Source: Orbicella franksi
Taxonomy: Eukaryota
Direction of reading: 5' to 3'
Assembly: GCA_964199315.1 (NCBI GenBank)
Contig: OZ116704.1
Location: 28,396,001-28,460,000, forward strand
Length of the DNA stretch: 64,000 nucleotides
Of the stretch, positions 48,901-61,500 are shown piece after piece. The position numbers and the translations under genes were made by a program. Position 1 is the stretch's first letter; the number at the start of each line of letters is the position of its first letter. The notes beneath the pieces are model-generated. The model was not told the DNA's origin. It searched no databases and saw only the letters and a program-made list of their open reading frames with translations.

Positions 48901-49937
48901 ATAAGCGTGAACAAGTGAGGTGCAAGGGTAGACAAGATAGCTCAGTAAAAGAGCTGCATAGGGAGTCAGTTGCTCTTCTTCCGCCTTTTTTCTAAGAGAC
49001 AAGTGGCTTCACTTCCAAGGCCTGGACATTTTTATGGCATTATAAGAGTGTAGGTCATACAAAAATGTTGTCGTCTTTTTTTTGCTACGGTAACACCAAA
49101 AATTCACCGTGTGGCAGTTCGTAAGATCACTTTTTCCTGCTTGAAGCTTACTAGTCTCTCAAAAGTTTTTCTTGTAAATGTCCTAATGACATGTCCAAAC
49201 GTGATGGTTTCAATTTATTGGAAAAGTCACGGCAACTTTTCAAGTTTTCTGAAGCTTGCCTTGTGTTGCGTTACAGGCTACATTTATGTCGTTTCATGGT
49301 CTGTAGAGTCTCTACACACTTGTCGATCAATAAGTGGCCAATGAGTGCATGAGAATTCTCTCAGTTTTCGTAGAATTTACAATTATTCAATGAGCGTGCA
49401 TTGTATATCACATGATAGATAGCTGACTGTAATCATCTCATGTCCAACAAGCGTGAGTGGAATAATTGTTTTATTAAAAACGCCACCAAAATATAGAAAA
49501 CTAGGCTAAAATATAAATAAGAATACCCCCCAAAATAACGTGTACGCTTACCATATTTGTAGAGCATGGTATAATGGCTCAGAACCCATGATAGCTAAGC
49601 CAATGAAAACTCTCAAATTGCATTATCAAATGATCCAGTATTTAATAATGTTGGTTATGTCTTGTTGCAAATTATGTAGGCGCTGTATATCAAGCTGCAA
49701 ATCTGGGAAAGGGATTCAAAGTGAAGAAATTTTTGGTGAAGGATGCAAATGTTTACCCAATACAGGTTTGTAAGTCATGCTGTTACAGTAAAGATGTGTA
49801 ATTCTCTAGTCTTTAATTGGCAAGTGCTTAATTTGAAGGTAACTTTCATGGCCATGTGCTGATAGGGTGTATCAAAAAAAAAAATGTACTTAGGTATTTA
49901 TTTATTTGTTTGTTTGTTTGTTTGTTTGTTTGCTTGT

Positions 49938-49968
<31 letters not shown>

Positions 49969-52900
49969 TTAAGTTATTTATGTGTTTGTTAAAACTAAAA
50001 CCAAAGTAATCATATTGGGCAATCACAGAGGTCACAGACGATTCAGCAGCTGGTGAATGCAGACTTATTTCCGGCCGGAACCAAGTGACAGCCGGAAATG
50101 CGTCAGCGTTCGCAGGCTTACAATTCAGTGAACCAGTCAAAACTCAAAGTAAATACCTGAAAATGTGGCTGGTGCAAAGCGCGGGAAAACGTGTGCGGGC
50201 TAGCCGCGATTTGTTTTAGTTTTAAAACTTCTCCATGCTTGAGAAAGTGATGCGAGATTTTTTAAGCCAATTGTGTAATGTGGTAATGCAAAACCAAAGC
50301 AAATGGGAATTATTTTAGTTGCTTAAGTGAAAACCGGTCTGACCTGTTTGGTTCTGGTTTCAGGTGTCTTTTGACCGTATTAACAAGGCTGAGGATGGAA
50401 CCGAGAGTGTGAAACACGTGAAGCGTATGTTGTATCACCGAATGAATGTGGTGCCACAGAAGAAGGTGATGACGTTCAACAGGCACATGGGTGACTTTGA
50501 ATTCCATGCTAGTTACACTGAGCTGGAGTTCTTAAATGAAGAGGAGAAAAGGTAAGGATTTTTTTTTTCTGCATTCTGTGACAGTCTATTTTAAGGTTTC
50601 AATTTTATTTTAGCAAAAATTAACCACTCAGTTCGCTTAGTATGCGTACAAGTTTGTATGGCTATAAGTATGTGCCGAGTGTGTCCTGTTTGAAAGTGAA
50701 AGCTTTCATTTTATTAATTAAAAGAGGCCGCTTCTGATTAATTTTACAGGCTATTCAACTGATTGCATTGTGTTTTAAACTGACAATTTTAACTTTGATT
50801 GCGAGACATTCTATGTGAATGAGCGTAAGGGTTTTTTCAGTGTCTGCAGTCAAAGCATTAGATGTTGTTCTTTGACTTCTAAAATGTATGCTGCTGTCTT
50901 TGTGTCGACAAAACTTACGGATCTACTTTTTTTTTTTTTTTGCAGTATGCTTGGATCAGTGAATTTGACGTCAGTGAGCGTGAAGGGCGTGGCTGCTGCA
51001 TTGGAAAAGCACACCCCCAAAGGAGAATCTAAGGGTATCAAGGCCTACTTCAGGATGGACGAAAACGGAATATTAAACCTCGAGAAGGTGCACTATATGT
51101 ATTACAGCTTTCTCTAATAGGGAGTGGCCAGGGGTCAGGAAAAACATCAGGGAATAACATATGATAAAGAAATTTTTTTTTTGTTTCTTTTGTTTCTTTT
51201 GGTCGAAGTCAGGTTTTGTAATGAGAGTTACCAATAGCTACTGTCTTATTTTGTTGATACCAGACGTCTGTCCGTCACGCAGGCAGGCAATGCTTCACTG
51301 CATAGCATTTGCGTGACGACTCATAACGGCCTCGAAGGAGATTAAGGGTGCACTCCAGATTTTCTACTCAGATATTTCGGTTGGAAATTTTGGACTACCT
51401 TTCAAGACGTCCTGTTTATTTTGAACATTTTTCCGGTCGGTCGAGCCAAAATTGTCTTACCATTTACGTTCTGACCGAAATTTTCAGAATCTTTGGGTAG
51501 ATGGTAAACAACCTGTGCCTCTCTGAAAATACCGTAAAATCCCACGTTAAAGCTCCCCCCGGTTATAAGCCCCTCGGATATAAGCCCTTCTGTTTGCTAA
51601 CAAACATATTATTCCGGATATAAGCCCCCCCGGATATAAGTGCGTTCCATAGGCTAATAGGGTAATAGGATAATAGCTCTAGATGTAATGGTATGTTAGC
51701 TTTATTTCGTTTCTCAGATACGTTTTATCTGGTCGTTCTGAAACATTTTTTTATTCCGCTTAGATGCCCCCCCCCCCCGGATATAAGCCCCGCCATTTAT
51801 AAGTCCACCCAAAACTCCTTACGAAGTTATATAAGCCCGGGCTTAACGTGGGATTTTACGGTACTGTAGGGTACAGAACGTCAATTCTCACCGTGTTGTC
51901 AATTTGAAACTGCCACATCTGCGAATGTCTTTTAGAAAAGACGGGTGTGTATGTAGAGTTAGTCAGTTTTGATTGACAATGACTTGAAATGTTGTTCAAT
52001 GTTCAACAGGTGGAGTCTGTGTTTGAAAAGCCTGACGAAAAACCTGAAGAAGAGCAGTCAACATTTGCAAGTAAGCTTTTTATGCTATGTTAGAACTAAA
52101 ATAATGGTCGATTATCTGTAGGGGGATTGGTGAGGGAGGAGAATCCATTTGGCCAAAGTTGTTGTCAAAGTGGTAGCAAATACAGAAATTGTTCTCTTAA
52201 TGTGTGATAAAATAAAAAGTAAATAGAAATCAAAGCTTCGACGAAGTTCACGGTGCAGCAACCCCCCCCCCCCCCGAAAAAGATAGCGACTCTAGCTTCT
52301 TGAGTGCTCTCCAAACTTTCCAATTGTTTGATAACTCGATGAAGCACAGCTTAGAGCGTGAATCAATTTTTTGATGGAAATGGAGAAGCGAAGTTAACTT
52401 GTTGACGCTATGGTCCTAGGTAGTGAAGTTATGATTTTTGATAGTAATTTAACTTCTATTTCAGCTACAAGTAGAAAATGCTTCGCTGTCTCTGAACTAA
52501 ACTTTTTTCCCATCAGAAATCGGAAGCAAAATTTCAAGCTTCTTTGGAAGCTCAAAAGAAGACGAAAATAAAGATAGCAAAGTAGAGGTAAGTGGCTAGT
52601 AGCTCAAAATAGAAATTTTCCCTACTGTCCCATACATTCTTTTTGGTACGAGTTCTGAAACTTTGGGAGTACATTAACACGATATCCCCTCTGTAAGCTG
52701 AGCAGCTTGTTTGAAAAATATTTTTCTGGCTTGTGAAGGCGTAGTTTCTAATTTTTGATTTGTTGTTTCATTTGTCGGTGATTTTGAAGGAAGGTGATAA
52801 GTCAGAGGAACAAGAAAGTGAAAAAATGGACAAAGAAAAATCCGAACAGGAAGAACCAAAGGCTAAAGAAGGTGAAAAGACCGAGGAGAAGCCGGCAGGG

Positions 52901-55900
52901 AAAGCAGACGAGGAAAAACAACAGGCAGAGGGAGAAAAGAAGGAAGAAGAAAAGGAGAAAAAAGAGGAAAAAGATGAAAAGGAACAAGAAGAGGAAGACA
53001 AGCAAGCTAATGAGAAAGAAAAAGAGAAGGAAGAGAAAAAAGAGAAAGAAGGCGAGAAAAAAGAATCAGCTGACGACAAAAAGGTTAGTTAATCTTGGAA
53101 AAATAGAGTGGAGTTGTTCTTATTTGTAACGGTTTTCGTCGATTTTGTCGACATAAATCGACATGTGATGTGGACACTGTTTCCTTATGAGTTGTTGTCT
53201 AATTGACGTAAATGAATCTGTATGAGAGAGTGGGTAGAGTCCAAAAGTTCTCTCCTTCCTTCACCTCTCTGCCTCCCTCCCCCCTCCCCCACTCTCTTAA
53301 CGTTTCTTTTGACACACCCCAGTTCACACCCCAGGGGAAACAAAAATGTGCAAAGAAAAATGGTAATGTCATCGATCACTAAAACACCCCTTACCACCGT
53401 ATTTGTATTTATACTGTAGCAGGGCACAGTAGCCAAATCATTGTGGTGTTGGACTTCGGATCAAGTGGTTTCCAGTGGTTTCGAGCGCTAGGCTGGGTCA
53501 CTGTGTTTAGCAATACACGTTACTATCACATTGCCTCTCTAATCAAGGTCGATGGTGGTGGGCCGAGGAGGGAGGGGGGGTTAACTGCCAAAATGTAACA
53601 TCCCACCCAGGGGAAGTGGCAATACTTCTTGTTGCTTCATGCTACTGAAACCGGCGATATGGACCAGTCAGGCCCGAGTGCGGCCTTCATAATTAAATCA
53701 GAATATGATTATTCGTTGCAGGAAGAGAAGGCTAGCAATAAAACAGAAGAAGCTACCAAAGAGAAAACAGAAGAGAAAAAACCAAGCAAGCCAGTGACTG
53801 TTCGTGAACCGCTTGAGATGACGGTCCAATGGCAGGATATTGCCGACACTACAGAGGACGCCATGTCCACATCTGTTAAGAAGTATGGCTAGCATTATTC
53901 TCAATCCTTGTCAATCTTCCTCGGTTGTAACCATCCGTGTTTATTTTAGGTTGATTGTTTTTTCTTTGGAAATTTTCCACCTGAGAAAACTATTCTTTTG
54001 AGGTATTCTTCATTTTGAACTGACTTTTTACGACAAAAATAACTCTGAATATCTTTGCGTGGCTTAATGAAGTCACGCAATGTTAGTTCTGTTGGAGGGT
54101 CTTGTCACGATTAGCGTTCTTCTAATGCAAAAAGCCGCTCAAAATTCCATGTTCAGCTTTTGAAAAATGGAATGTGTGAAGACCTAAACAGTAGAAAAAA
54201 AACTTAGATGACAACTCTTATGAACTTGATTGGGACGTAGCGCGTGTTTTTGAAGATCTTCCCGAAAATTTTGAGCGATTACGATTCTACTCGTTTGCTC
54301 ATTGCAAAACAGTTTTTTAATTTCGCTTATAACCCCCCCCCCCCCCTCCCGCTAATATAAGCCCATCTAAAACCCCTTTCAAAGTTGTAAAAGCCCAGGG
54401 CATATAAGCGGCAGTTCATATGAAATATCTTTGTTAACCCTTTTGTTTGTTTCCACAGACTTAAGGACTTGCAAGCACGAGATGACGCTAAGGTCGCCAA
54501 TGAACGAGCCAAGAACTTGCTCGAGACACACATATATGACATGCGTGAAAAACTGTTCAGTGACGAAGGAGTGTTATTGTCCACAGAGGAAGAAAGAGAG
54601 AAGATTAACCAGGCTCTCGGTGAAGCCTCGGATTGGCTGGACGACGAGGGCTGGGACTCAACTGCTGACGTAAGCCAAAACTTCTGTTGTTTGTTGCTGT
54701 TGTTTTTGTTTGATAAGCTTTTTGGTCATTAGAGACCTTTAGATCCACGTTAACTGCAAACGTCCAACTGCGGTTTGAGGTGAGACGTTTGCCGTTCGCC
54801 GTTTGGACGGGAGCCGATTTAGAATGGAGTAAATTGGAGCAAATTGAAATCATCCTGCCAATGCATGCCATTGAAACTTGTGGAAATACGGTCGAACCTC
54901 TGTTGAGCGGCCAGCCCTTATTTGGCGGCCAGCGGCCAAAGTGTCGGAAAAATTGTCAGCTATACACGGTAATAAAAACCTCTATTCAACGGCCACCTCT
55001 ATTAAGTGGGCGCGGCCAACTTCTTGCCGTCTCAAGGGTGATTTTGTTTGTTTTATACCTCTTTTAAACGGCCAGGAAGATTTAAGTTGGACGTTTTTAG
55101 CCAGATGAAGGTAAGAGAATGACAATGTGGAATACTGTAAAAAAACCACATTTTTAGCACTATTTAATTGAAACAATCACAACAGTTTGTTTGCATAGCA
55201 CACGAGCCAGTGTTGGGTTGACAGACACGTCGCGTCTGTACACATCATTGTTTCTTTGGCTTTTGTTAACATTATGGACCGTATTATAACCCGTCATTGT
55301 TCTACTTTTTCTGCACTTGCATTTGTTTGAACTCTAACCTGAGTACCAGGCTTTTCTTACTCGCGGGTTAGGAGGAGGAAACACCTGGCAAAGAAAAGAC
55401 TGACAGTATATCTGTCAACCAATCACAATCATTTCCGGTTGTCATGTTTACTTTTTTTGCATGCATCACAGATGACAACGGCGGGAATTTGAGCAAATAA
55501 TCCGGTTTCGTCCATGTCTGTAATGATTTCCGAGAATATTTGAACAATTTACTTCGACAATTGGAAAGTATGGAGTATGGAAAGTATGTCACCACAGTCT
55601 AACAAAGAGTTTTCTAATGTTTTGGGTGAAAGACCTGTCATTCTTGTGGAATTATTTCTCGAGTTGAGAATTGTTGTCATTCAAGATAGTAAAGACCGCA
55701 AAAGGTCTGTTTGCAAAAAATGCGCTAGGAAAATAGTAAATTGCTACAGAATGTCCACGGAGTTCCGGGAGGCATTTGCGGTTGGTAGAGCGCTCGGCGA
55801 GGCGAAGGAAAGCGCTCCGCGAACTCCTTCAAGCGCCAGTCTTAGGGGCTCAATTCCTATTCGAGGCCAGCGATCCCGTAACTGGAGTGACTTCAAAGGC

Positions 55901-58573
55901 GAAGCGGCACAAAAAAAACAAAAAAAAAAACAAAAAAAACAAAACAGCACTTGTGAAAATGAAGCTGAAAGATCTCAGCGAAGACCTTCAGGTGAGAGCT
56001 CAGTTTTCTGACCAATACTCTGAGCTCGACGATGAAATAACAAGCCTGATAAATGTCCCGACAGAAAAGAATTTATTACCAATCGAAATGCTTTCACTTC
56101 CGGTAGTGTGACGTTATGTTGCGTTGTGTATTATCCAATCAGCGTAACATCCAGATTTTGGATGTTCGACATAAGCCAATTAAAACGTTTGTGTCAGGCC
56201 TTTCTCTGCAATTCACCCCCCCCCCCCCCCCGCCCCTACCCCTACCCTGTTGCTAAGAAAGGCCTGATACATAGGTTATTTGAACTCATATTTGATAAAC
56301 TGAAAACTGGACCGCTCCCAACGTTGTTTTCGGTTGAACCGTATTAAATGGCCACCTCTATTAAGCGGCCAGTTATCTCGTCCCTGAGAGTGGCCGCCTA
56401 ATAGAGATTCGACTGTAACGCCAATTTTGAAAAAAAACAGCACGTTTTGTGGTAAGTATAGCTTTCTCGAGAAATAAAGCACCATAAAACACATTCAACT
56501 TAAGCCGCCGCCACATTGGATTTCCAGTAAGGATCAGTAGTGCCTTTCTAAAAACAACAACAAAAAGCAAGGTAATTGCTTATTAGCCTAAAAAGTTAAA
56601 GTCTCTAATGCCTCTTTCAACTGAGAATAGATCACCAATTTTGAAGGGCTTAAAATTTCAGAGTCAGATTATGAAAAAGTGCTTGAATTTATTTTAAGAG
56701 AGAGCCATTGAAAAGCCCTTAGGAGGAGTTTAGAATCGTAGAGGCACTTCCTAAAAAAGTTTTTGAATCGCATAGAGGTCTTGAAAAAGTCCTTGCATTA
56801 CAGAGAAAGTTCCTTGAGTTGTAGACACATTTCTATCCAATTTAAGACCTTGAAACACGGCTTGGTTTTGCAGTTCATGAAAGTTTCTCCAATTGTAGAG
56901 AATTCGTAAAAAGTCCGCAAGTTTCATTTTTCTTGAATTCGCGTTTTTTCGCTTTCCTCGATCAGGTGTACGATGGTAGACTGCAACAGCTGAAGAAACA
57001 GTCATTAGATTTACGGGTTCGCCTGCGAGAACACAAGGAGAGACCGAAGGCACTCGAGATGTTGAGGAACAGTTTAAACTTGTCCAGAACATTCCTGGTT
57101 CAAATTAACAACATCACAGACAAAGATGAGATCTACACAGCGAAGGACTTGGAAGAACTCGGTAAAATTATCAACGACACCACGGTAAGATGTATTTCTT
57201 TGAAATTTCTGCGAAACGTTATCAGGAAACGTGTGTCTAAAGCAGGGTTGCCACAGGTCAGGAAATTTTCAGGGAAAAAAAACTATTCAAGTTCTGGGAA
57301 AAGTCAGGGAATTTTACTTTGAGTCAGGAAAAATTGATATTTTGAAGAAAAGTCAGGGAAAATTGAAAGAATTTAACGCGGCTGATTTAATACCATTGAA
57401 AGATGGAAGAAACATTTGGGGTCACTGTGATCTCAACGACATTTTTCCTTAATGAAGAAGGAAAAAATGTTGAAAACGTATCAGTGTAATGAACAAGTGG
57501 AAAGGACGGTTGTAAGTTGAGGCTAGAAGCCGTTACAATATCTGACATTTTGATTTATTTGGTCAGGGAAATTGGATTTTTACCAAGGAAAAATCAGGGA
57601 ATATTGAAAAGTGATGTCTGTGGTAACCATGCAATCCAGTGTTCAGTTGGGACCTTTGAGCTTTTAAGCTAGCTTTTAAGTAACACATTTTCTCTTTATT
57701 TAATTAGGAATGGATAGATAAGAACGAAAAGAAACAGAACGAAGCTAAGCCGAGTGAAAATCCTGTTTTGCTCGTGAAGGACATCGAGTCTAAACAAGGC
57801 AAACTTGACCGAGAGTTGGTGTATCTTTTGAACAAGGCCAAGTATTACGTGCCGAAACCAAAGGTCAATGAAACAGGTACGAATCACGTGCTCCTCGAGT
57901 GAACGGCACGTGCTGCAGTCATGCGAGTAAGATAAGATAAGACAAGGGGGGAGCGGAGGGGACTGCTGACAGTGGACCAACATCCATGCAATCCAGGGGG
58001 AGTCACAATACTCCCAGGCACTTTATGCTACTGGACTTTAAGTTCACCACTAAGCTGTTCATAGACACTTCTGCACCATTACCAGACCAGAGAATGCAGG
58101 AAGCTTGAGAAAATGAAATATGAGTGAAGTCACTGCTGACGGAACTCAGATTCCCTAACACTGATTGATTGATTGTTGATTGATTGATTGATTTTTTTAC
58201 TTGTTACTATCTAGCTTCAAACACAACAAAACCCAAAACGGACGCCAAGAAAGAAAAACAAGGAAAGGAAAGTAAGACAGAAGGCAAGAATGGAGATAAA
58301 CCACAAGGAGAAAAAGCAAAGGAAGAATCAAAACCCAAAGATGGCGAAAAGAAGCAGACAGAAAAATCAGAAAAACCCAAAGAACCAAAAGAGAAACAGG
58401 ACAAAGACGATAAAAAAGACTCTGATACCGAAGAGCCATTACCTTTACCAAGTGCAGAGGAGGCCTCTTCTAACGAGCCCGCAGGCAGTTCTAGTTCATC
58501 AGTGGATAGTTCAAAAGAACGTGAACATTCGTCGGATAGTAGTTCGAAAAAACAGGCTAATGACGAATTATGA
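36906..58573 (+). CDS. HYOU1: Hypoxia up-regulated protein 1 (GRP170/ORP150, ER Hsp70-family chaperone), 28 coding exons, 1066 aa
   Basis: Exons: 36906-36981, 38054-38115, 38724-38755, 38942-39020, 40790-40881, 41480-41517, 41955-42056, 42370-42442, 42578-42633, 42908-42960, 43430-43481, 45078-45150, 45550-45619, 45838-45954, 46934-47068, 47632-47714, 48307-48353, 49680-49765, 50364-50551, 50946-51087, 52010-52070, 52517-52587, 52790-53083, 53722-53882, 54459-54669, 56966-57184, 57708-57876, 58215-58573. All GT-AG, phases consistent, 3201 nt. Signal peptide [25 protein letters not shown]; [72 protein letters not shown]; C-terminal NDEL retention signal. Confidence 0.98.
41258..41345 (+). mobile_element. 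Short intronic repeat with a decayed minimal hammerhead-ribozyme motif
   Basis: TGACT-CTGAAGA-TGACTTCCACTCAGGTTTTT-GAAA-CATC-AGTCA. Stem I TGACT/AGTCA is intact; stem II and stem III are mutated. Confidence 0.55.
43727..43934 (-). mobile_element. tRNA-like cassette enclosed in about 56-bp inverted repeats
   Basis: Arms 43727-43782 and 43879-43934. The minus-strand core has A box TAGCTCAGTTGG, B-box-like GGTTTCGAATCCC and a T-run. Confidence 0.75.
45305..45435. repeat. (TCTG)n degenerate microsatellite
   Basis: CTGTCTGTCTGTCTGTC arrays in a HYOU1 intron. A (TTTG)n/(TTTA)n array also lies at about 49895-49970. Confidence 0.85.
47770..48008 (-). mobile_element. tRNA-derived SINE, family C
   Basis: Reverse complement begins GGAGCAAGGATGGTGCAGTGGTGAGAGTATTCACCTCCCATCAATGTGGCCCAGTTTCAATTCCGG (tRNA-like A and B boxes) followed by a non-tRNA body. 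Confidence 0.8.
48545..49640 (+). repeat. Two direct copies of a roughly 200-bp interspersed repeat in one HYOU1 intron
   Basis: CCATATTTG(A/T)AGAGCATGGTATAATGGCTCA..GCTAAGCCAATGAAAACTCT(T/C)AAATTGCATTATC at about 48655-48740 and about 49550-49635. Confidence 0.75.
51530..51863. mobile_element. Tc1/mariner-like MITE with TA ends and internal ATAAGCCC repeats
   Basis: TACCGTAAAATCCCACGTTA ... TAACGTGGGATTTTACGGTA perfect 20-bp TIR. A related fragment lies at about 54325-54420. Confidence 0.9.
54887..56417. mobile_element. pogo-like non-autonomous element carrying a nested insertion
   Basis: TA|CGGTCGAACCTCTGTTGAGCGGCC ... GGCCGCCTAATAGAGATTCGACTG|TA with repeated GGCCACCTCTATTAAG motifs. Confidence 0.8.
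55335..56278 (+). mobile_element. Nested TIR element with a Cys-rich (ZAD-like) ORF fragment
   Basis: TAACCTGAGTACCAGGCTTT ... AAAGGCCTGATACATAGGTTA. ORF 55577-56011 contains [15 protein letters not shown]. Confidence 0.65.
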
Positions 58574-61500
58574 TAGATTATTCTATATTGATTTAACAAC
58601 CACTAGTTTGTAACATATTTTGCAAGTTTTAACAATTTGAAGGAATAACTTATTGGAAAGTGTTATGAAATCCATTGCTCCCAATCGGTTGATTCGTAAA
58701 CTTCAATTGACCAGAAGATATAAGACTCCATTTTGAAGGCTTGTGCCCTCTTGGTTTTACTTCCACGCCGGGAAGCACAACACTCGAAATTTCTGCTTGT
58801 CAACCTACTTCTAGTCTGTGTTTCCCACACATGCAAGCACTGTAGTAACAAGCACAAGAATTTATTCCAAATTTACAAAAATATATTTACGAGCATTTCT
58901 TCACGCTTTTATTGAATCAATCTGCAAATTGCCATTGATTGAGGGTGATAACTTTCGAGTGTCGTCGTAAGTGCTCGTGAGTAGTCGGTAGGAATCGGAA
59001 TCGACCGAAGTATATTTATTACTCCTGTTCATTGGAAGAAGGCGACGAGTGACAAAGAATACTGGCGCGTAAAAAAATCAAAAAAGAGGAAATAAATAGC
59101 AGTACATACAGAAAAATGAGTGAGAAAGCCAAGCGATGCAAAATAAGGAGATGGGAAAAAACTTCTCTTAATTTTAGACAAATCTGAAACTCGGTCCGCT
59201 GTATGTGGAGTTCTATTAAAGATACTTCTTTTCAAATGCAGCTTTCCTTCATTTCATGTGCATATAGTGTAGGGTGAATCGACCCACGAGGAACATTGAA
59301 ATTCGAGCATAAATGTAAAAAATTGTTTTACAATAGGTTGGTTAAATGACCGATTGCTTTGAAACAATTTCGGTCGTTGGATCGTAAACGCTTTGGGGTA
59401 ATTTCGCTGATACAGAGCTGATTAGAGGGTAGTAGAAAGGTAGTTTTTTGCTTGCAAGTTCAGAAAAGCAGGGAGTGGGTGGCGGAGTGACAGAATGTGG
59501 GAGGAGACGGGTCAGTAAGTGAAAGGCCGAGGGAGATGAAGGTTGGGAATGTGTGGAAATAATTCCGGCTGGCGTGATTCAACCCAAGAAGAGATTCTCT
59601 CAAGAAGAGCTGCATAGTATCATGATATCAAAGAGGAAGAGCTTTTTTCTGTAACTGTCTCTATTTGCAATAATTTTAAAAGAGATCTTTTGATTACTTG
59701 CATCCCAATTTTCCCGTGGACAACGGGCGGTTTAGCCGAGCGGAGCGCGAAACGCTAGTGCCCAGGGGGCGTACGTGCAGCGTGGAATGTGGAGGGTGAA
59801 GCTTCGAGAAAGAAGCAACCGCGCTCGAACCGTGTCTCGCGTTCTGCCTCTCTCAGGTTTTGGATTTTTCATTTGCTCTGCCTTATCTTGCCTTGCCTTT
59901 GTCATTTGCATTAACCAGGGACGGCGGAGACCATTTTTAAGTGGTAGGGCTAAAAAAAATCAAACGTCAAGGTCAGTGTATTGCCAGTTATCTTGCATTT
60001 GTGCTATCTGGAGCCCTAAAAATTGAATTTCAGCAATGACAGTGGTAGGGCTGTAGCCCTACCACTTCCTGCACCCCGCGGTCCCTGTTAACCCTAGGAT
60101 CCCCTGCGCACCAGTCAAATTTTTCAATCTTGACCCCAGGCCCTTTCCGTTTTCTGCCGTGAAGTTCAGAAGAGATGAGACCCTGGGAATGAGATTAATT
60201 TAATGGGCCATTTCAGAGCGACCTGTTTCAAAACAAGTCTGCATGGAAAACTGTCTGATTTGCACTAACAACCATGCTCTTGAAAAGTTTTTAACTAATT
60301 ATGGCTTTGCCGGAGGACTCGTTTTGATGGAAAGGCAATTTTTAAAGACAACTCGGAAGTGGCCCATTTCACAATCATGTTATTTCACAACATGGAGGCC
60401 ATGTTTTCTTAACAAACTCGGCAGTAAAAAATATATTTAAATAATCCAAGGAAGTCAGCCAATCGGAAGGGACCTTATAAGAGCTGGAAGAGCAAATGAC
60501 CTTGAGACTCAGGGAAGCAAGATGATTGGTTTGATACTCTTGGTACAGCCCCCCATCTGTGGATCAATCTCAGAAGACCGGCTCTTACTTGGTGTAGAAG
60601 ACACAGTTGACGTAATCAATAGAGAAACAAAAATACGAGACCAAGGAATACATATACTCAACTTAATGTGTTATCAGGTATTTAACTGCAATATTGGGTC
60701 AGCAACTACCATCACAAGAGAGAAAGTTACTGATTGGCTAATTGCACAGACAATTCTGTGTCTCGCAATCCTGCATGGCTCATAGGATGTTGCCTCAGGT
60801 TCTCTGTTTCAGGCACAGAGAACACATTTGTTTAGCCAGTGGAGCAAGGGAAACAAGTGGGTGAATGAGAATTAAGAGCTTAGCCAGTTTAGAATTTGTT
60901 AATAAATTATAAAACACTTGAGTGTGAAATCCCACCATTTTAAAAGGCAATCCCACCAGCTATTGAAGATTGGATATGATGAAAACCTCATCCAGTTTAA
61001 GATAACATACAGAGCAATACTTCCTTTCAAAGTGTTCTTGCTTTGTACTGATTTTCAACTAAAAACCCACAAGATTCACATGGACGGGAAGTTATACTAA
61101 AGGCATCTAACTAGCTTAACATGATGACACCAAGTTTTTGGCTGACAAATATTTTTTCAGACAGGCTGTTCCAAGTAACTGAGAAAATTCAGTAATTTTT
61201 TAAATATTGTGACTCAGAAAAAAACATGAATTCTGATATTTAAATGTCTCGATGCTGTCACAGCATATTCTGTTTAATTAAGTCATAGATGTACATAATA
61301 TTTATCTACATAAGCTATTTAAAACCACAAAAAGTAAACTAAATTTAATGTTTCATTAAAGTACAAAGAAAAAAATTAAGAGTTCATAACCTTTGAAATT
61401 TACTACTGTTGTTGAACCACTTAAAGGGAGGGTTTTACAGTTCAACATATGTCGGTATTATTTACTCGCCTGTGCTCGCTTTTTGGCACAGGCCCAGTTT

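Noticed and set aside
52768-53129. Overlapping ORFs in other frames and on the antisense strand of the E/K-rich exon (also 58197-58613)
   Set aside because: Low-complexity purine-rich coding sequence lacks stops in alternative frames; these are shadow ORFs.
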